A stretch of DNA of 64,000 bases from Epiperipatus broadwayi (GCA_028023455.1 JAQFVV010000002.1:5828001-5892000), one strand, 5' to 3'. Positions 52,811-62,991 are shown, numbered from the stretch's first letter. Translations and numbers: made by a program. The notes: generated by a model not told the origin, from the sequence alone.

Positions 52811-55800
52811 TCAGGAAAAGGAAAGTGCAGTTAAAGACCAGGTGTCATCAAAGACTTTACTGGAGGCCAGGAGCTGGTCATGTTTCTTGATTTTTTTGAG
52901 TGTTTGATAAAATAATGGTATGATTTGTGGCGGGGGTAATTCCATGAGAGTTTTGCATCTCACTATCCATATGGAATATAGGACAAAGGTAGAAAGCCTT
53001 ATTATTGAAAAAAACCCATTATGAATGGCGGCATTTTCAAGTGAGAAAATCATATCAGGTCTTATGTTGGAATTGATTATAATTATATCTTTCAGTGTTT
53101 TAAGTCTTGGGCACGGGTGTATAATATGGTCTATGGTTTCATCTTCACGAGCACACAGACCACATATAGGGTCAATGCTGGCAAAACCTCTTCGGTGATA
53201 AAGGAACCAATTCGTGGGAAGCGCATTGAGATATATTATAATGATGAAGTCAAGGAATTTGGGTTCCAGACTCCATCTTTTAAAGTGTGAAATGAGTCTT
53301 TGGTTGGTTACTTTTAGGCTGGTTTTTATGGGTTGTTGATTATAGTTGATTATATTGTATGCTTCCCATAAGGTGATTTTTTTGTTAAGGTTAAAGGGCA
53401 TTATTGGGTTATAAAGTTGTAGGTGGTCTATTAGGGAGGCTATCCATGAACTGGCAGAGGGCGGAGGACGATCTGTCGGTGTAATTTTTTTAATAATGTT
53501 GGAGTATCCACAGGAGAGGATCAGATTATGTAGAGTGTTGTGGGTTTTCTGTAAAATTATTGCTTGTATTGAGTGGAATGATAGTCCATTGAACCTGCGT
53601 GGTCGTTGGATGCCTCGCAAGCTAATAGCAACTGTCCTTCCTCTCCAAAGAAGTTTGGTACATAATCGGTTGATTTTATTTTGAAACTGTTTAGACATTT
53701 TTACGAATGGAAGGTAATATGAGATTTTTGGCATTATGATCATGTTGAGGAGGCCAACCTTTCCATATAATGAAAGGTATACTCTACAGAGTGACGTGGT
53801 GATGGCTTCAGTTGAATGGAGGATTGCATCTTGAATCTCTCTTGCCATTGCAGTTGGTGTTTTGAAGATTGGGAAACCTAGGTATCTTTGGGGTTTTGCA
53901 GAAAAGGGAGAGTTAATTTGTTTACCAGACATAATCTTCCAGATGGAAGATTTGTTAAAGTTTATTTGTAGGCCAAGTTTCGCTGTATTTCTGTTTAAGA
54001 TGTTCATGAGATGGGGAAGGTATTTAATGGTGGGAAGAACTACCATGATGTCATCTATATATGCAAATACATTGAAGTTTTTATTGAGAGAGGGAAGGAA
54101 AATTCCAGGGAGGTTTTTTTCTATATCCATCAGAAGAGGGTTGATGTATGCTGTGAAGAAAAGGGCACTGAGTGGAGAGCCTTGAGGGATCGACTTGTAT
54201 GGCTTGAAGCCTGGTGTGATCTTGCCATCAAGAGAGAGAAAAATCTCTCTGTTGTTGAGCAGATTGCTGATCATCTGAACAATCCCGGCTGGAATGTCGC
54301 ATTCCCACAGAATATCCAGGAGGATATTTATCTGGACTGAATCAAATGCTGCCGCAAGATCCAGCTGGACAGCAATAGGTTTTGATTTACGATGTCCTCT
54401 GATGTAATTGAACAGTGCAGTTACATTGGACATAGCATGCGAGGTTGATGATCCCTTTTTTCCGTATTGGTTTGACGAGATATGGCTAAGGATTTGAGTT
54501 TGGATTTGATCTTTAATGACTGACTCAATTATCTTGATAAGCAATGGGGTCATGGAAATTGGCCGGATATTGTTAATGTCGTTTAGTGGTTTTGCTTTTT
54601 TAATAAAAGGCACGAGTGCCACTGGGTAAAGATCTGTTATGTTTCTGTTGCCGGAGGCTAGGTGATCAATCATTTTTTTAATAATTGGCACAGTGAATTG
54701 ACTGAGGTGTTTGAGAAGGAAATTTGGGATGCCATGAAGGCCAGGATGAACGCCGTCAGGGAGAGATGTTATCTTCTTTTTGATTTGGATTTCTGTGATG
54801 CCATGTTCGCCGGGGTCACCAGCATCCAACCAGCTGTTTATAGGAGGAGCTCCATCTTTTTGCATTAATTGGCAGAATTGTTTGCTGATGTGCTGCATCA
54901 TTGGAAAGCCAACGAGATTGGTTCCATTAGAATTAATGGATAAGGGAGTGATTTGTTTTCTATTGTACCCCAGTGCCCATCTAAGGTAGTCTCTCATCCA
55001 GCAGTGTTGTTGTGCTAAGAAACATTTGGCTCTTCTGATGGATATATATTCTGCAAAGGACTTTTGCTCGATTTTGTAGAGATTTTTAAGGAAGATGATT
55101 TTTTCTGTATTTGTGAAATTTTGCTGTAAAGCTTGAAGTTGTATATTAATGTCTGTTAGATCATTTAGAAGGCCATTAGGTCCTTTGATTTTCCTGGCGT
55201 GGTGATTTAATATGGATTGTAGTATTCCGATGAAGGAAAACCAGCCCTCCTCAGCAGGAAAGGAAAGGATGTTTATTTTCTGGAAAAGGATGTATGCCTC
55301 AGATATTATCGCTTCGGTCATATTTGATTGGGTGATCATGCGCATGGTTTTACCAGGTCCATCAATAGGTGCAGGGATTGAAATAGGTGTAAGTTGTAAG
55401 ATTAGAGCCATATGATCAGAGAAAGCAACAGGGGCCAAGGCTGCATCAAGGTTGAAATGGAGGTCTGGGGTGTAGTAAACCAAATCAATCAGTGACTTTT
55501 TAGTTTTAGTATAGAAAGAGTAGGCTTCGGGAGGGAAGAAGCCCTCTCCACACATTAATCTGCGATTTATTAGATGCAAAAATCTCTTGTTGAAGTCATT
55601 GTATGTGGTGTTAAAGTCTCCCAGAAGAATAGTAGGGGAGGCTCTGTTAGCGTTGATGGCATTTAGGATGTGGATTATTTTTAGATATTGAGAGGTGTCT
55701 TTGGCTGTATATATATAAGCTATGATGATCGGATAACCCCAATAGTCTATTTCTATGATAATAATATTGGCATCTAGGAATAGAATGCTAAAACTGTTTG

Positions 55801-56041
55801 GTGGTGTTGACTTGCTGAGCAGAATACCGACTCCACCTGAAGCAGAATGGCCTATGGAAAATCTAGTAAATCCGAGAGTTGAGAGAAGAGATAGAATTTT
55901 ATGATCGGTCTTATGGTGATATTTAGTTTCACCCATAAGAAGTATATGAGGGGAGCAGAGCGAGAGCCAGTTTTTAATAGCTAGAACTCTATCAATTGAG
56001 TTGATGCCGCGAATGTTAATGCCAGCAATTTTGCAGAACAT
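52811..56041 (-). CDS. ORF2: AP endonuclease + reverse transcriptase + C-terminal CCHC zinc finger (1076 aa, uninterrupted)
   Basis: APE motifs GINIRG, GETK, GDFN, IDLVY, FSDH. RT motifs RPIS, DLAAAFD, PQGSPLS, YIDD, RYLG. C-terminal CGLC...ETIDHIIHPC. Confidence 0.96.
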   Translation of the reverse strand: MFCKIAGINIRGINSIDRVLAIKNWLSLCSPHILLMGETKYHHKTDHKILSLLSTLGFTRFSIGHSASGGVGILLSKSTPPNSFSILFLDANIIIIEIDYWGYPIIIAYIYTAKDTSQYLKIIHILNAINANRASPTILLGDFNTTYNDFNKRFLHLINRRLMCGEGFFPPEAYSFYTKTKKSLIDLVYYTPDLHFNLDAALAPVAFSDHMALILQLTPISIPAPIDGPGKTMRMITQSNMTEAIISEAYILFQKINILSFPAEEGWFSFIGILQSILNHHARKIKGPNGLLNDLTDINIQLQALQQNFTNTEKIIFLKNLYKIEQKSFAEYISIRRAKCFLAQQHCWMRDYLRWALGYNRKQITPLSINSNGTNLVGFPMMQHISKQFCQLMQKDGAPPINSWLDAGDPGEHGITEIQIKKKITSLPDGVHPGLHGIPNFLLKHLSQFTVPIIKKMIDHLASGNRNITDLYPVALVPFIKKAKPLNDINNIRPISMTPLLIKIIESVIKDQIQTQILSHISSNQYGKKGSSTSHAMSNVTALFNYIRGHRKSKPIAVQLDLAAAFDSVQINILLDILWECDIPAGIVQMISNLLNNREIFLSLDGKITPGFKPYKSIPQGSPLSALFFTAYINPLLMDIEKNLPGIFLPSLNKNFNVFAYIDDIMVVLPTIKYLPHLMNILNRNTAKLGLQINFNKSSIWKIMSGKQINSPFSAKPQRYLGFPIFKTPTAMAREIQDAILHSTEAITTSLCRVYLSLYGKVGLLNMIIMPKISYYLPFVKMSKQFQNKINRLCTKLLWRGRTVAISLRGIQRPRRFNGLSFHSIQAIILQKTHNTLHNLILSCGYSNIIKKITPTDRPPPSASSWIASLIDHLQLYNPIMPFNLNKKITLWEAYNIINYNQQPIKTSLKVTNQRLISHFKRWSLEPKFLDFIIIIYLNALPTNWFLYHRRGFASIDPICGLCAREDETIDHIIHPCPRLKTLKDIIIINSNIRPDMIFSLENAAIHNGFFSIIRLSTFVLYSIWIVRCKTLMELPPPQIIPLFYQTLKKIKKHDQLLASSKVFDDTWSLTALSFS

Positions 56042-56047
56042 GATAGA

Positions 56048-58057
56048 TTAATCCAAACCGTCCTCAGCAAAGTGTACCAAGTCAATGTGGGACATCTCCA
56101 TGTTAATAAGGTTTGATGTTGTTTGGCAATCAGAGTCTTGTGATTGAATTTGTGGATGGATTGGTGATATAGTTGTTGGTTGAGGAAACGCATCCATGAA
56201 GTCTTCGGTGTCTGATGAAGTAGTGTAATCTGTCTGAGATTCGTCAGAAGGATCAATGGTATCAATGGTTGTAGGATCCATGGTTTTCCCCTTTTTTTCT
56301 ATGGATTTGCGAGGCTTTGTGCTTGATATATCTGAAATTTGTTTGTTAGAGGGTGGAGGTGAGTAATGTATCAGATGGGCGCTATCATCATCAAAGCTTG
56401 ATTTATGTGAACGAATTGATTTTCTTTTAATTTTCTTATTTGTATTTTGGGTATTTGTTGTGTCGGTTTTTTGAGGGTTTTTAAGTTTAATAGTGTTTTT
56501 TTCATTTTCCTGTTCTTTTGATAAAAGTGTTTTTTTATTGTTATAGGAATTTGTTTTAAATTTTAGACCTGAGTCATTTTCAGTTTGCTGTAACTGTTGG
56601 GAAACATTAAGTATGCTGACTTTCGGGTTGTGTGTTTGACAAGTCTTTTCATCTGGATGGTTAATTATTGCAGGAGTTGAAGAATTGAGGACAGTTTGTG
56701 GATCACTTTGTTTAGGTTTACTGGACTTAACTGACCCACATGAAGATGTATCAGTGGTTTTAGACTGGGTGGGAGTTGTTATGGATGGATTGTTTTGAAA
56801 TTTTTTGAGTGTATTTTCTTCATCGCTTGTATTTTCCTTGCTCTCATCAGGTGGTTTGGTCATATTGCCTTCTTTTGTGTCAAGAGTTTGGCCTAGTATT
56901 GTTTCTCGGGGATTAGTATAATATGTATCGTATGTAAGATCTTTAGTCTTATCGGTTTGAGTGATTGGTTTAGGCGCAGTATATGTAATTGCTTGGATCT
57001 CTGATTCACTACTATTAGTGTAGAGGTTGTCGTTTGTTCTTTCTTGAATATTTTCATTTTGAAAGATAGGTTTGGATGTGAAAGGGTTTGTTGGAGGATT
57101 TATTTGACTCAGGTTGTCTGGGTTTGTGAGGTTGCTGATTGAATTAGGCCCATGTGGTGATTGTCTATTTAAGGATGTGAAAGCCGTGTTAGTAGGTCTA
57201 CCAGGACATCTGTGAACTTTATTCTTTTTAATACCACAGTGTGTACATATTCTTGCTGCACAATCTTTAATGAGGTGTGTTCTTTGATGGCAGAAGAAAC
57301 ATTGTGGATGTACTCCCCTGAAAGTCAAAACCATAGGAGAGCCTCTTGCAGTAATAATAGTGGGTATGTCAGTGGGTATAATGTTTTTCTTCAATGTAAG
57401 TGTGAAGATAACTGTATTGGACAGGATTTGATCTTCACAGTGAGGGTTTAATAGGTGTTTAAATTTGCTAACTGAACCATAATTAATAAGGATGTCTTGT
57501 AGTTCTTGTTCTTTCAAGTGGGCAAGGCAGTTTTGGATTCTGCCGGATAGTGTAACAGGACGGTTCATATCTATGGAGCATAGTATAAAATTTCCTAAAG
57601 ATCTGTATTTATTTTTAAAGTTCATACGGTCCGGCCACGTTTTAAACTCAACGATAACATAGCGGTCATTGGGATGATTAAGAATCATATGAATGCCTCT
57701 GCCTAATTGTTTTTGATTGATTAGACTGTATAGCTGTTCTAGAGGGAACTTATATAGAGCACATTGTTGATTTGTTATAGCTAAGATTAACGATTTATCG
57801 CTGTAGTAGTTAGCAAACGATTTATATAGGCTATTGGGAATCGTTTTGTTGAACTCATTATTTATTTTTAGGAACATGTCGTCATTAAGTTCGTCTATAT
57901 TAAATGAGACATTTTCCAAAGTGTTTGATTCTTGTTCTATGTCTAGTTCTGAGATATTCAAATATAGTTCATTGAAATTATCGGCCTTAATATTTTCGGA
58001 GATGCTCTCAGAATTTTTAGACCTTACGATATTTGCGTACGTAGAGGAATTTTTCAA
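56048..58057 (-). CDS. ORF1: Tx1-type nucleic-acid-binding protein. The track's start is TTG; the frame is open back to the TGA at 58286-58288; first ATG is at 57877
   Basis: CFFCHQRTHLIKDC (CX2CX4HX4C), then a degenerate second knuckle CTHC...HRC. An RRM-like region precedes it and a long S/T/K/N-rich low-complexity tail follows. Confidence 0.88.
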   Translation of the reverse strand: MKNSSTYANIVRSKNSESISENIKADNFNELYLNISELDIEQESNTLENVSFNIDELNDDMFLKINNEFNKTIPNSLYKSFANYYSDKSLILAITNQQCALYKFPLEQLYSLINQKQLGRGIHMILNHPNDRYVIVEFKTWPDRMNFKNKYRSLGNFILCSIDMNRPVTLSGRIQNCLAHLKEQELQDILINYGSVSKFKHLLNPHCEDQILSNTVIFTLTLKKNIIPTDIPTIITARGSPMVLTFRGVHPQCFFCHQRTHLIKDCAARICTHCGIKKNKVHRCPGRPTNTAFTSLNRQSPHGPNSISNLTNPDNLSQINPPTNPFTSKPIFQNENIQERTNDNLYTNSSESEIQAITYTAPKPITQTDKTKDLTYDTYYTNPRETILGQTLDTKEGNMTKPPDESKENTSDEENTLKKFQNNPSITTPTQSKTTDTSSCGSVKSSKPKQSDPQTVLNSSTPAIINHPDEKTCQTHNPKVSILNVSQQLQQTENDSGLKFKTNSYNNKKTLLSKEQENEKNTIKLKNPQKTDTTNTQNTNKKIKRKSIRSHKSSFDDDSAHLIHYSPPPSNKQISDISSTKPRKSIEKKGKTMDPTTIDTIDPSDESQTDYTTSSDTEDFMDAFPQPTTISPIHPQIQSQDSDCQTTSNLINMEMSHIDLVHFAEDGLD

Positions 58058-58285
58058 TATTGGTATTGAAGAAATTGGATTAGATTGTAAGTTGGCTGAA
58101 GTAGCAATGGATTGTTCTGCGCTATAATCTTTGTTTGTTCTGGAGTGTGATTTATCGGTTTTAAAATTTATTTCTTCTTTTTGATTTTTAAATTTACTGT
58201 TGACAAACTGTAATGTGACAGCACTGGTTTTGTCGACCTCTGGTGGAAAAGTTTTTACTTTAAAAAATTCGCCGAAATCATCTTG

Positions 58286-58693
58286 TCAGTAATTTTGTCT
58301 ATTATTATCAGATATGGTTTCCAGGGTATTATTGGGCAAAGTAAATTGCTCATTAGAGTCTTCTGAGGGTGCGTAAAGTCTTCGGAGAGGTGATGATTGG
58401 TTTTTACTTGAATTTTTAAGAATTTCAATAGTTTCGCTTGATGAGATATTAATGCTATTACTTATATTAGGAGTAAGTTGAATATTTTCTAAACTTTTGT
58501 TGATATTTGTGATGCTGTTTTCTTTTGAAATATTGGTTTGTGGGTTTTTATTTGTTGTAGAAGTTATTTTGGATGAATTTAGATTAGATCTAAGACTATA
58601 AAATTTACGACCGATGACTGCATTGCTAGATTGAATGCTGAGATCGGGGCTAACCTTAATTTGCGAGTTATCGATTATATTATCACTTTCCAT
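58286..58693 (-). CDS. 135-aa upstream ORF in frame with ORF1 (N-terminal ORF1 segment ending in a single TGA)
   Basis: Starts at ATG 58693. 58693-58057 = 636 nt, so it is in frame. The 76 codons between the TGA and the ORF1 track start contain no stop (QDDFGEFFKVKTFPPEVDK...SNPISSIPI). Confidence 0.7.
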   Translation of the reverse strand: MESDNIIDNSQIKVSPDLSIQSSNAVIGRKFYSLRSNLNSSKITSTTNKNPQTNISKENSITNINKSLENIQLTPNISNSINISSSETIEILKNSSKNQSSPLRRLYAPSEDSNEQFTLPNNTLETISDNNRQNY

Positions 58694-58714
58694 AATATAT
58701 AATGATTAAAACCG

Positions 58715-58724
58715 ACTTACCTTG
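58715..58724 (-). promoter_or_regulatory. Consensus 5' splice donor in the retrotransposon 5' UTR
   Basis: CAAG|GTAAGT, GT at 58720-58719, about 103 nt after the element start and 27 nt before the ATG at 58693. Confidence 0.5.
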
Positions 58725-58810
58725 AATAAGAAACGTAAAGGTAAGGGGACAATCGTCCCTATCTTCCTGAAATTGAATCGCTAAGGGACGCTTTTTGTAA
58801 GACCAGTTGC

Positions 58811-58823
58811 AAAGATGGCTGCC
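58811..58823 (-). promoter_or_regulatory. YY1-like motif at the extreme 5' end of the retrotransposon (candidate internal promoter element)
   Basis: Element begins GGCAGCCATCTTT (AAAGATGGCTGCC on +), matching the YY1 core AAGATGGC. Function is inferred. Confidence 0.5.
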
Positions 58824-59522
58824 AAAAAAAAAAAAAACCTTATTGCTTTCTTCTTTCTATTATGAATAATATTTTCACATACTCCCTACTGGTCCACAGG
58901 CTGTAAAATGCTGATCTAGATAGAAAAATATTGTTAGCTTTCTATTCAGATGTTTTTTCCTCCCTAACATTTTTATAAAAAGATATATATAAGATATCAA
59001 TTTTCTAGAAAAATAGAAAAAGGACTGACTAAAAAAGTACAATTTTCAAACTTCTCACTCATTAGGATTGTTTATTATTACTTTTAGAAAACAGATAATA
59101 AAGCGAATTTATTATATAATCTTTCATTTCACAAAAATATTTTTTCAGTATATTACAAGTTTGTTTTTAAAATAATAGAACAAATATATGTTATGTTTTC
59201 TAATTAAATTTATTTCTTTTATATTTTAATTTTGTTTTGAAAAAAAAAACATTATTAATTAATCAATTAACTTTCATTCATTACCTAAAGATTGTTTTCC
59301 AAATTAATTAAATAAAGATAATTTTTATGTTATATTTACTTATCAATAGTGTATTAAATTTTCTTTGATTTTTTTTTATTAAATCATTCATCTTTCTACT
59401 TTTAATTAACTATCTATTTGTTGTTATTATTGTTTTATTTAAATCTATCTCTAATTTATACATATACATCATTCAGGTATATATCCAGAAAGAAAAGATA
59501 TAGTAAAACAGGTAAAAAAAAT

Positions 59523-60473
59523 GGTAATACAGCATCGATTGATCCATACCATAAGATGGCACTGTTTCTATGCTAAAGCACATAAATATGCTGTTTACAA
59601 GGCCGCTCATAGATCTTACGGCCTAATAAACTGTTCAACCGCTAAGATGTTGAAGTGCACCCATTACCCCAACATCTCTAGTATGTTGAACATTATTAGC
59701 GATGAGTATGCAAGATTCTCAATAGACATTACTCTTAACTATTGTACAGTGTATGATGTGAAGGTTTTTGTATTTTGAATGTCGAAAACTATATTATAAT
59801 GTTTTTTGTTTTTTTTTTGGTTTCGATGTATTTTTTTTTTTTTCGTTCGTAAAAATTGTAACGACTTTCCAAACGCCCCTGGTTTCGTTGTCAGGGGTCA
59901 GAATTCAGTTAATGAGGATTGTTAGTCACAATTCGGCAAAGTTCACGATCAAGTCGCGCACTTTCCGAGACTTTTTCGAGATCAAAACATTTCAATGACA
60001 GACTACAGAAGCAGATGCGGTGGCCTTTCTTCAACAGAGAAATATTCTCTTCACCAGAAAAACTGCCTTTGTGGTAGTATAATGAAAGTAAAAAACCAAA
60101 AAAAATAAAAAAAGTTACTTTAAAAAAAAAGAAGACCGTAATCAAAAGCGGGAAAAAAAAAGTTACTTTAAAAAAAAAAAAAAAGACCGTAATCCAATTT
60201 TGTTAAACAACCAGTTTCACAAAAAAAAAAAAATAAAGAAAAAAAAAGGTTTTTACAAAACGTCAAAAAAAATATTTAAAAATCAATTTATTTATTTAAA
60301 AAAAAAAAAAGAAAATATGGTCCAAAAAAAAAAATCGAAACCAAAAAAAAAAAAAAACCACAATAACATTACAAAATAATAATAATCAAATCAGCCCGGT
60401 AACGTTATATCTATTCGTTTTTCACTAGCAACAGCGCTATCTTATGGCGTGGATCAATCGATGCTGTATTACC
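59523..60473 (+). mobile_element. Non-autonomous Merlin (IS1016-like) DNA transposon
   Basis: ~38-bp TIRs starting GGTAATACAGCATCGATTGATCCA. Exact 8-bp TSD AAAAAAAT (59515-59522 and 60474-60481). Internal fragment EADAVAFLQQRNIL..NCLCGSIM resembles a Merlin transposase N-terminus. Confidence 0.85.
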
Positions 60474-61599
60474 AAAAAAATTTACTCTTATAATTTTAAA
60501 TAAATATTTATTAGTACAATTATCAAAACGTAATAAAATAAAATAAAAATTTAACTAAAATATCAAAATTTCTCAACAAAATTTGTTATTTTGGAATTAA
60601 AATTATAATTTTAGATCTTGTAATTTCATACATATACACAATATTATAATCTAACTAAATATCAGTCAGAATAAAAAGTACACCACTGGTATAATAATAA
60701 TAATAATTAAATTAGTTATAAAAATTAGTGGTATGTCTTCTGTGGATTTAGATAAAGTATCTATAGAGTAAATTGGAAAAGAATTAGGAATATCATAAAA
60801 AAGGGAATGGTATTGGAAATATGTTTGGTTCGGAATATTAGATTGCATGAAGAATAGTCAGTGCTGATATAGTAAGCACTCGATGCCATTTTGAATTTTA
60901 TAACTTACCCAAAATCCCCACACACATTCAAGCAATAAATGACATCGATTATCAATATGTGATTTCAAAAAAAGATGGTTACATAATCACAAATATTATC
61001 ATTAATTAAAAAAAAATCAAAATGCAAAGTTTTCAATTGTCTTCGAGTAACAATTTTCACCAATATATAATAAAAAATAAAAATAAAATAATGTGAGTAA
61101 ATACTTTGCATTAACATATGTTATCACAATTTACATAAATCTTCCAAAAATCAAAATGCAATTTATGTTTACTATAAGCCTATGAATGAAATAAATAGAC
61201 AATTTACATCTACTTTAAAAAAAAATAAAAAAACCTAATTAATCTACTTTTCATTAATATGCCAAAATATTATAAAATACAAAATATAGCATATTATTTT
61301 TATAAATAATAGGATTTTAGTTTTTTCTTAACAGAAATTCTTTGTTCACTACTGTTGATCACTAGGTTTTTTATTTTTTTTTAAAGTAATATTAATTCCA
61401 TAATCTTATTAATATTGTATTTAGTAGTTAGCTAAGTGGTATATGGACTTGGATTGACTGAAAATTAGTTTAAGATTATTTTTCAGTACTTTGTTTCTTA
61501 ACTAGAAGATAAAAAACACAGATTAATTTAAATTGGCTAGATGATTACAAATACATTAAACTTAAAAATAAAGTACAATTGTTATATAATATGATATTC

Positions 61600-62560
61600 A
61601 TGATTAGTATGCTTGTTGATAATCGATGACATCTATTGCTTCAATGTATCAGTGGGGAGTTTGGGTGAGTAATAAATTCAAAATGATATCAAATGCGTAC
61701 TATATTGGCAATGAATAATCTTTGGATCATTAGCGAATATAAGAAAAGAGATGTTGCATGTTACTTATCCTTTTTTGTCATTTATTTAGACGATATAATA
61801 ATTATTTGGGCTTTAGAAGCTTATTTTAGAGTAAAATAATAAAATGTATAAGATTCGTGGAAAATATAAATTTTGTAGCTAAGAGTGAAAAAAATCTATG
61901 GAATGAGGAATAATGCAAATAAGTACAAGGCTTTGTAATTGGGAAGAAATGGAAGAGGAATATAGGTGAAACTTGAAGTTTAATAAATGAATAACTTAAA
62001 TATTTGGACAATTGATTGAGTTAAGAAAAAAATAAAAAAAATAAAATTAAAAAATATTAGCAAAGAAGGCATTTACTAAGAAAAAAAATTCTGTGAACTT
62101 TTGAAAAGAAATGAAAACTATTGGTCAAGTGCTATTATGGGAAAGAAAAAATAAAGTTAAAAAAATATTAGCAAAAAAGGCATTTTACTAAGAAGAAAAT
62201 ATTTTATGAACTTTTAAAAAGAAATGAAAAATATTAGTCAAGTGCTATTTATGAAATATATTGTTATATGCTTGCAAGACATTGGCACTGGATAAAAAAT
62301 ACAAATAGATTAAAGGTTTTAAAAAGATGAATATGGAAAAGAATAGAGAGCATTAGTTGAGTAGACAGACTAACAAATGAAAAGGTTTTGATGAGAGAAA
62401 ATAAAGAAAATGATCGATTGGAGAGCTTGGACATAGGAAAAATAAAATGAATCAGATATATATTAACAAAAAAGAATTTGTTATTACGAGATATTTTTGA
62501 GGGAATGGTGAATAGAAATAAAAGAATGAAAAATGTAGAAGATTGATCTTATTGAATGAT
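61600..62560 (+). pseudogene. Decayed CR1/L2-type LINE 3' region
   Basis: YGMRNNANKYKAL.LGRN resembles W.MKFN..KCKV.HLG.NN; LESLDIGK resembles LESLE.RR. Confidence 0.45.
62040..62250 (+). repeat. ~110-bp tandem duplication
   Basis: AAAAAATATTAGCAAA.AAGGCATTT...GAAATGAAAA.TATT.GTCAAGTGCTATT twice. Confidence 0.85.
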
Positions 62561-62991
62561 CTTAAGGATGCAAATAACTTTACGTTGTTAAAGACTAAGA
62601 CAACAAACAGATTAAAGAAAAAAATTAAGCTGGCTCTTTGATTGCTCTCTGGACCTATTTGTAGGACAGAATGCTCTGACAATATATATTGTAATGCTAC
62701 AGGGAAATAAGGGTCATACCTGAGATGATGGTGACCAGTACATGAACATCAACTGCCATAAATTGATTAGCCATTTGTAACTCTACAGAAAATCGGGGTT
62801 TAAAGCATGAGGGATGTGAGGAATTGTATTATTATATTCCAGTTAAAATAAAATTTAATTTCAAAAGGGATTAGCATAACAGATCACGATAGGAGATCAG
62901 CATAGCTAACTATAAGTTCACCAGCACTCCTCAAAAGTAATAATCATTCATTATCATGACTGGCCTATCAAAATAATATAAGTGAATCTTG

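Larger units (their letters stand above)
52533..58836 (-). mobile_element. Full-length Tx1/L1-clade non-LTR retrotransposon (~6.3 kb), apparently recent
   Basis: 13-bp TSD ACCTTATTGCTTT at 52520-52532 and 58837-58849. Gag-like ORF1 with zinc knuckle, intact APE-RT-zinc finger ORF2, AATAAA (52555-52550) just before the 3' junction. Visibly more GC-rich than the flanks. Confidence 0.95.
48588..58913 (-). mobile_element. Degenerate hAT (Buster/Charlie-type) DNA transposon with the Tx1/L1 element nested inside
   Basis: Left end CAGTGGTTTCCAAA at 48588. Right end ...GGTCCACAGGCTGTAAAATGCTG at 58913. Candidate 8-bp TSD ATCTAGGT (48580-48587) / ATCTAGAT (58914-58921), 7/8 match with central TA. The left end and transposase are well supported; the pairing with the right end is less certain. 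Confidence 0.6.

Noticed and set aside
58721-58823. HDV-like ribozyme at the 5' end of the Tx1/L1 element
   Set aside because: No complement for a P1 helix starting GGCAGCC and no nested double-pseudoknot pattern found by eye.
60650-60900. Possible RTE RT fragment (SVDLDKV...GKEL)
   Set aside because: A single weak motif; boundaries cannot be set.
451-62682. Most 60-110 aa ORFs in the supplied track
   Set aside because: Low-complexity F/I/L/K/N-rich translations expected in AT-rich DNA, or antisense shadows of the L1 ORFs (e.g. 53496-55415, 57212-58127 on +). No motifs.
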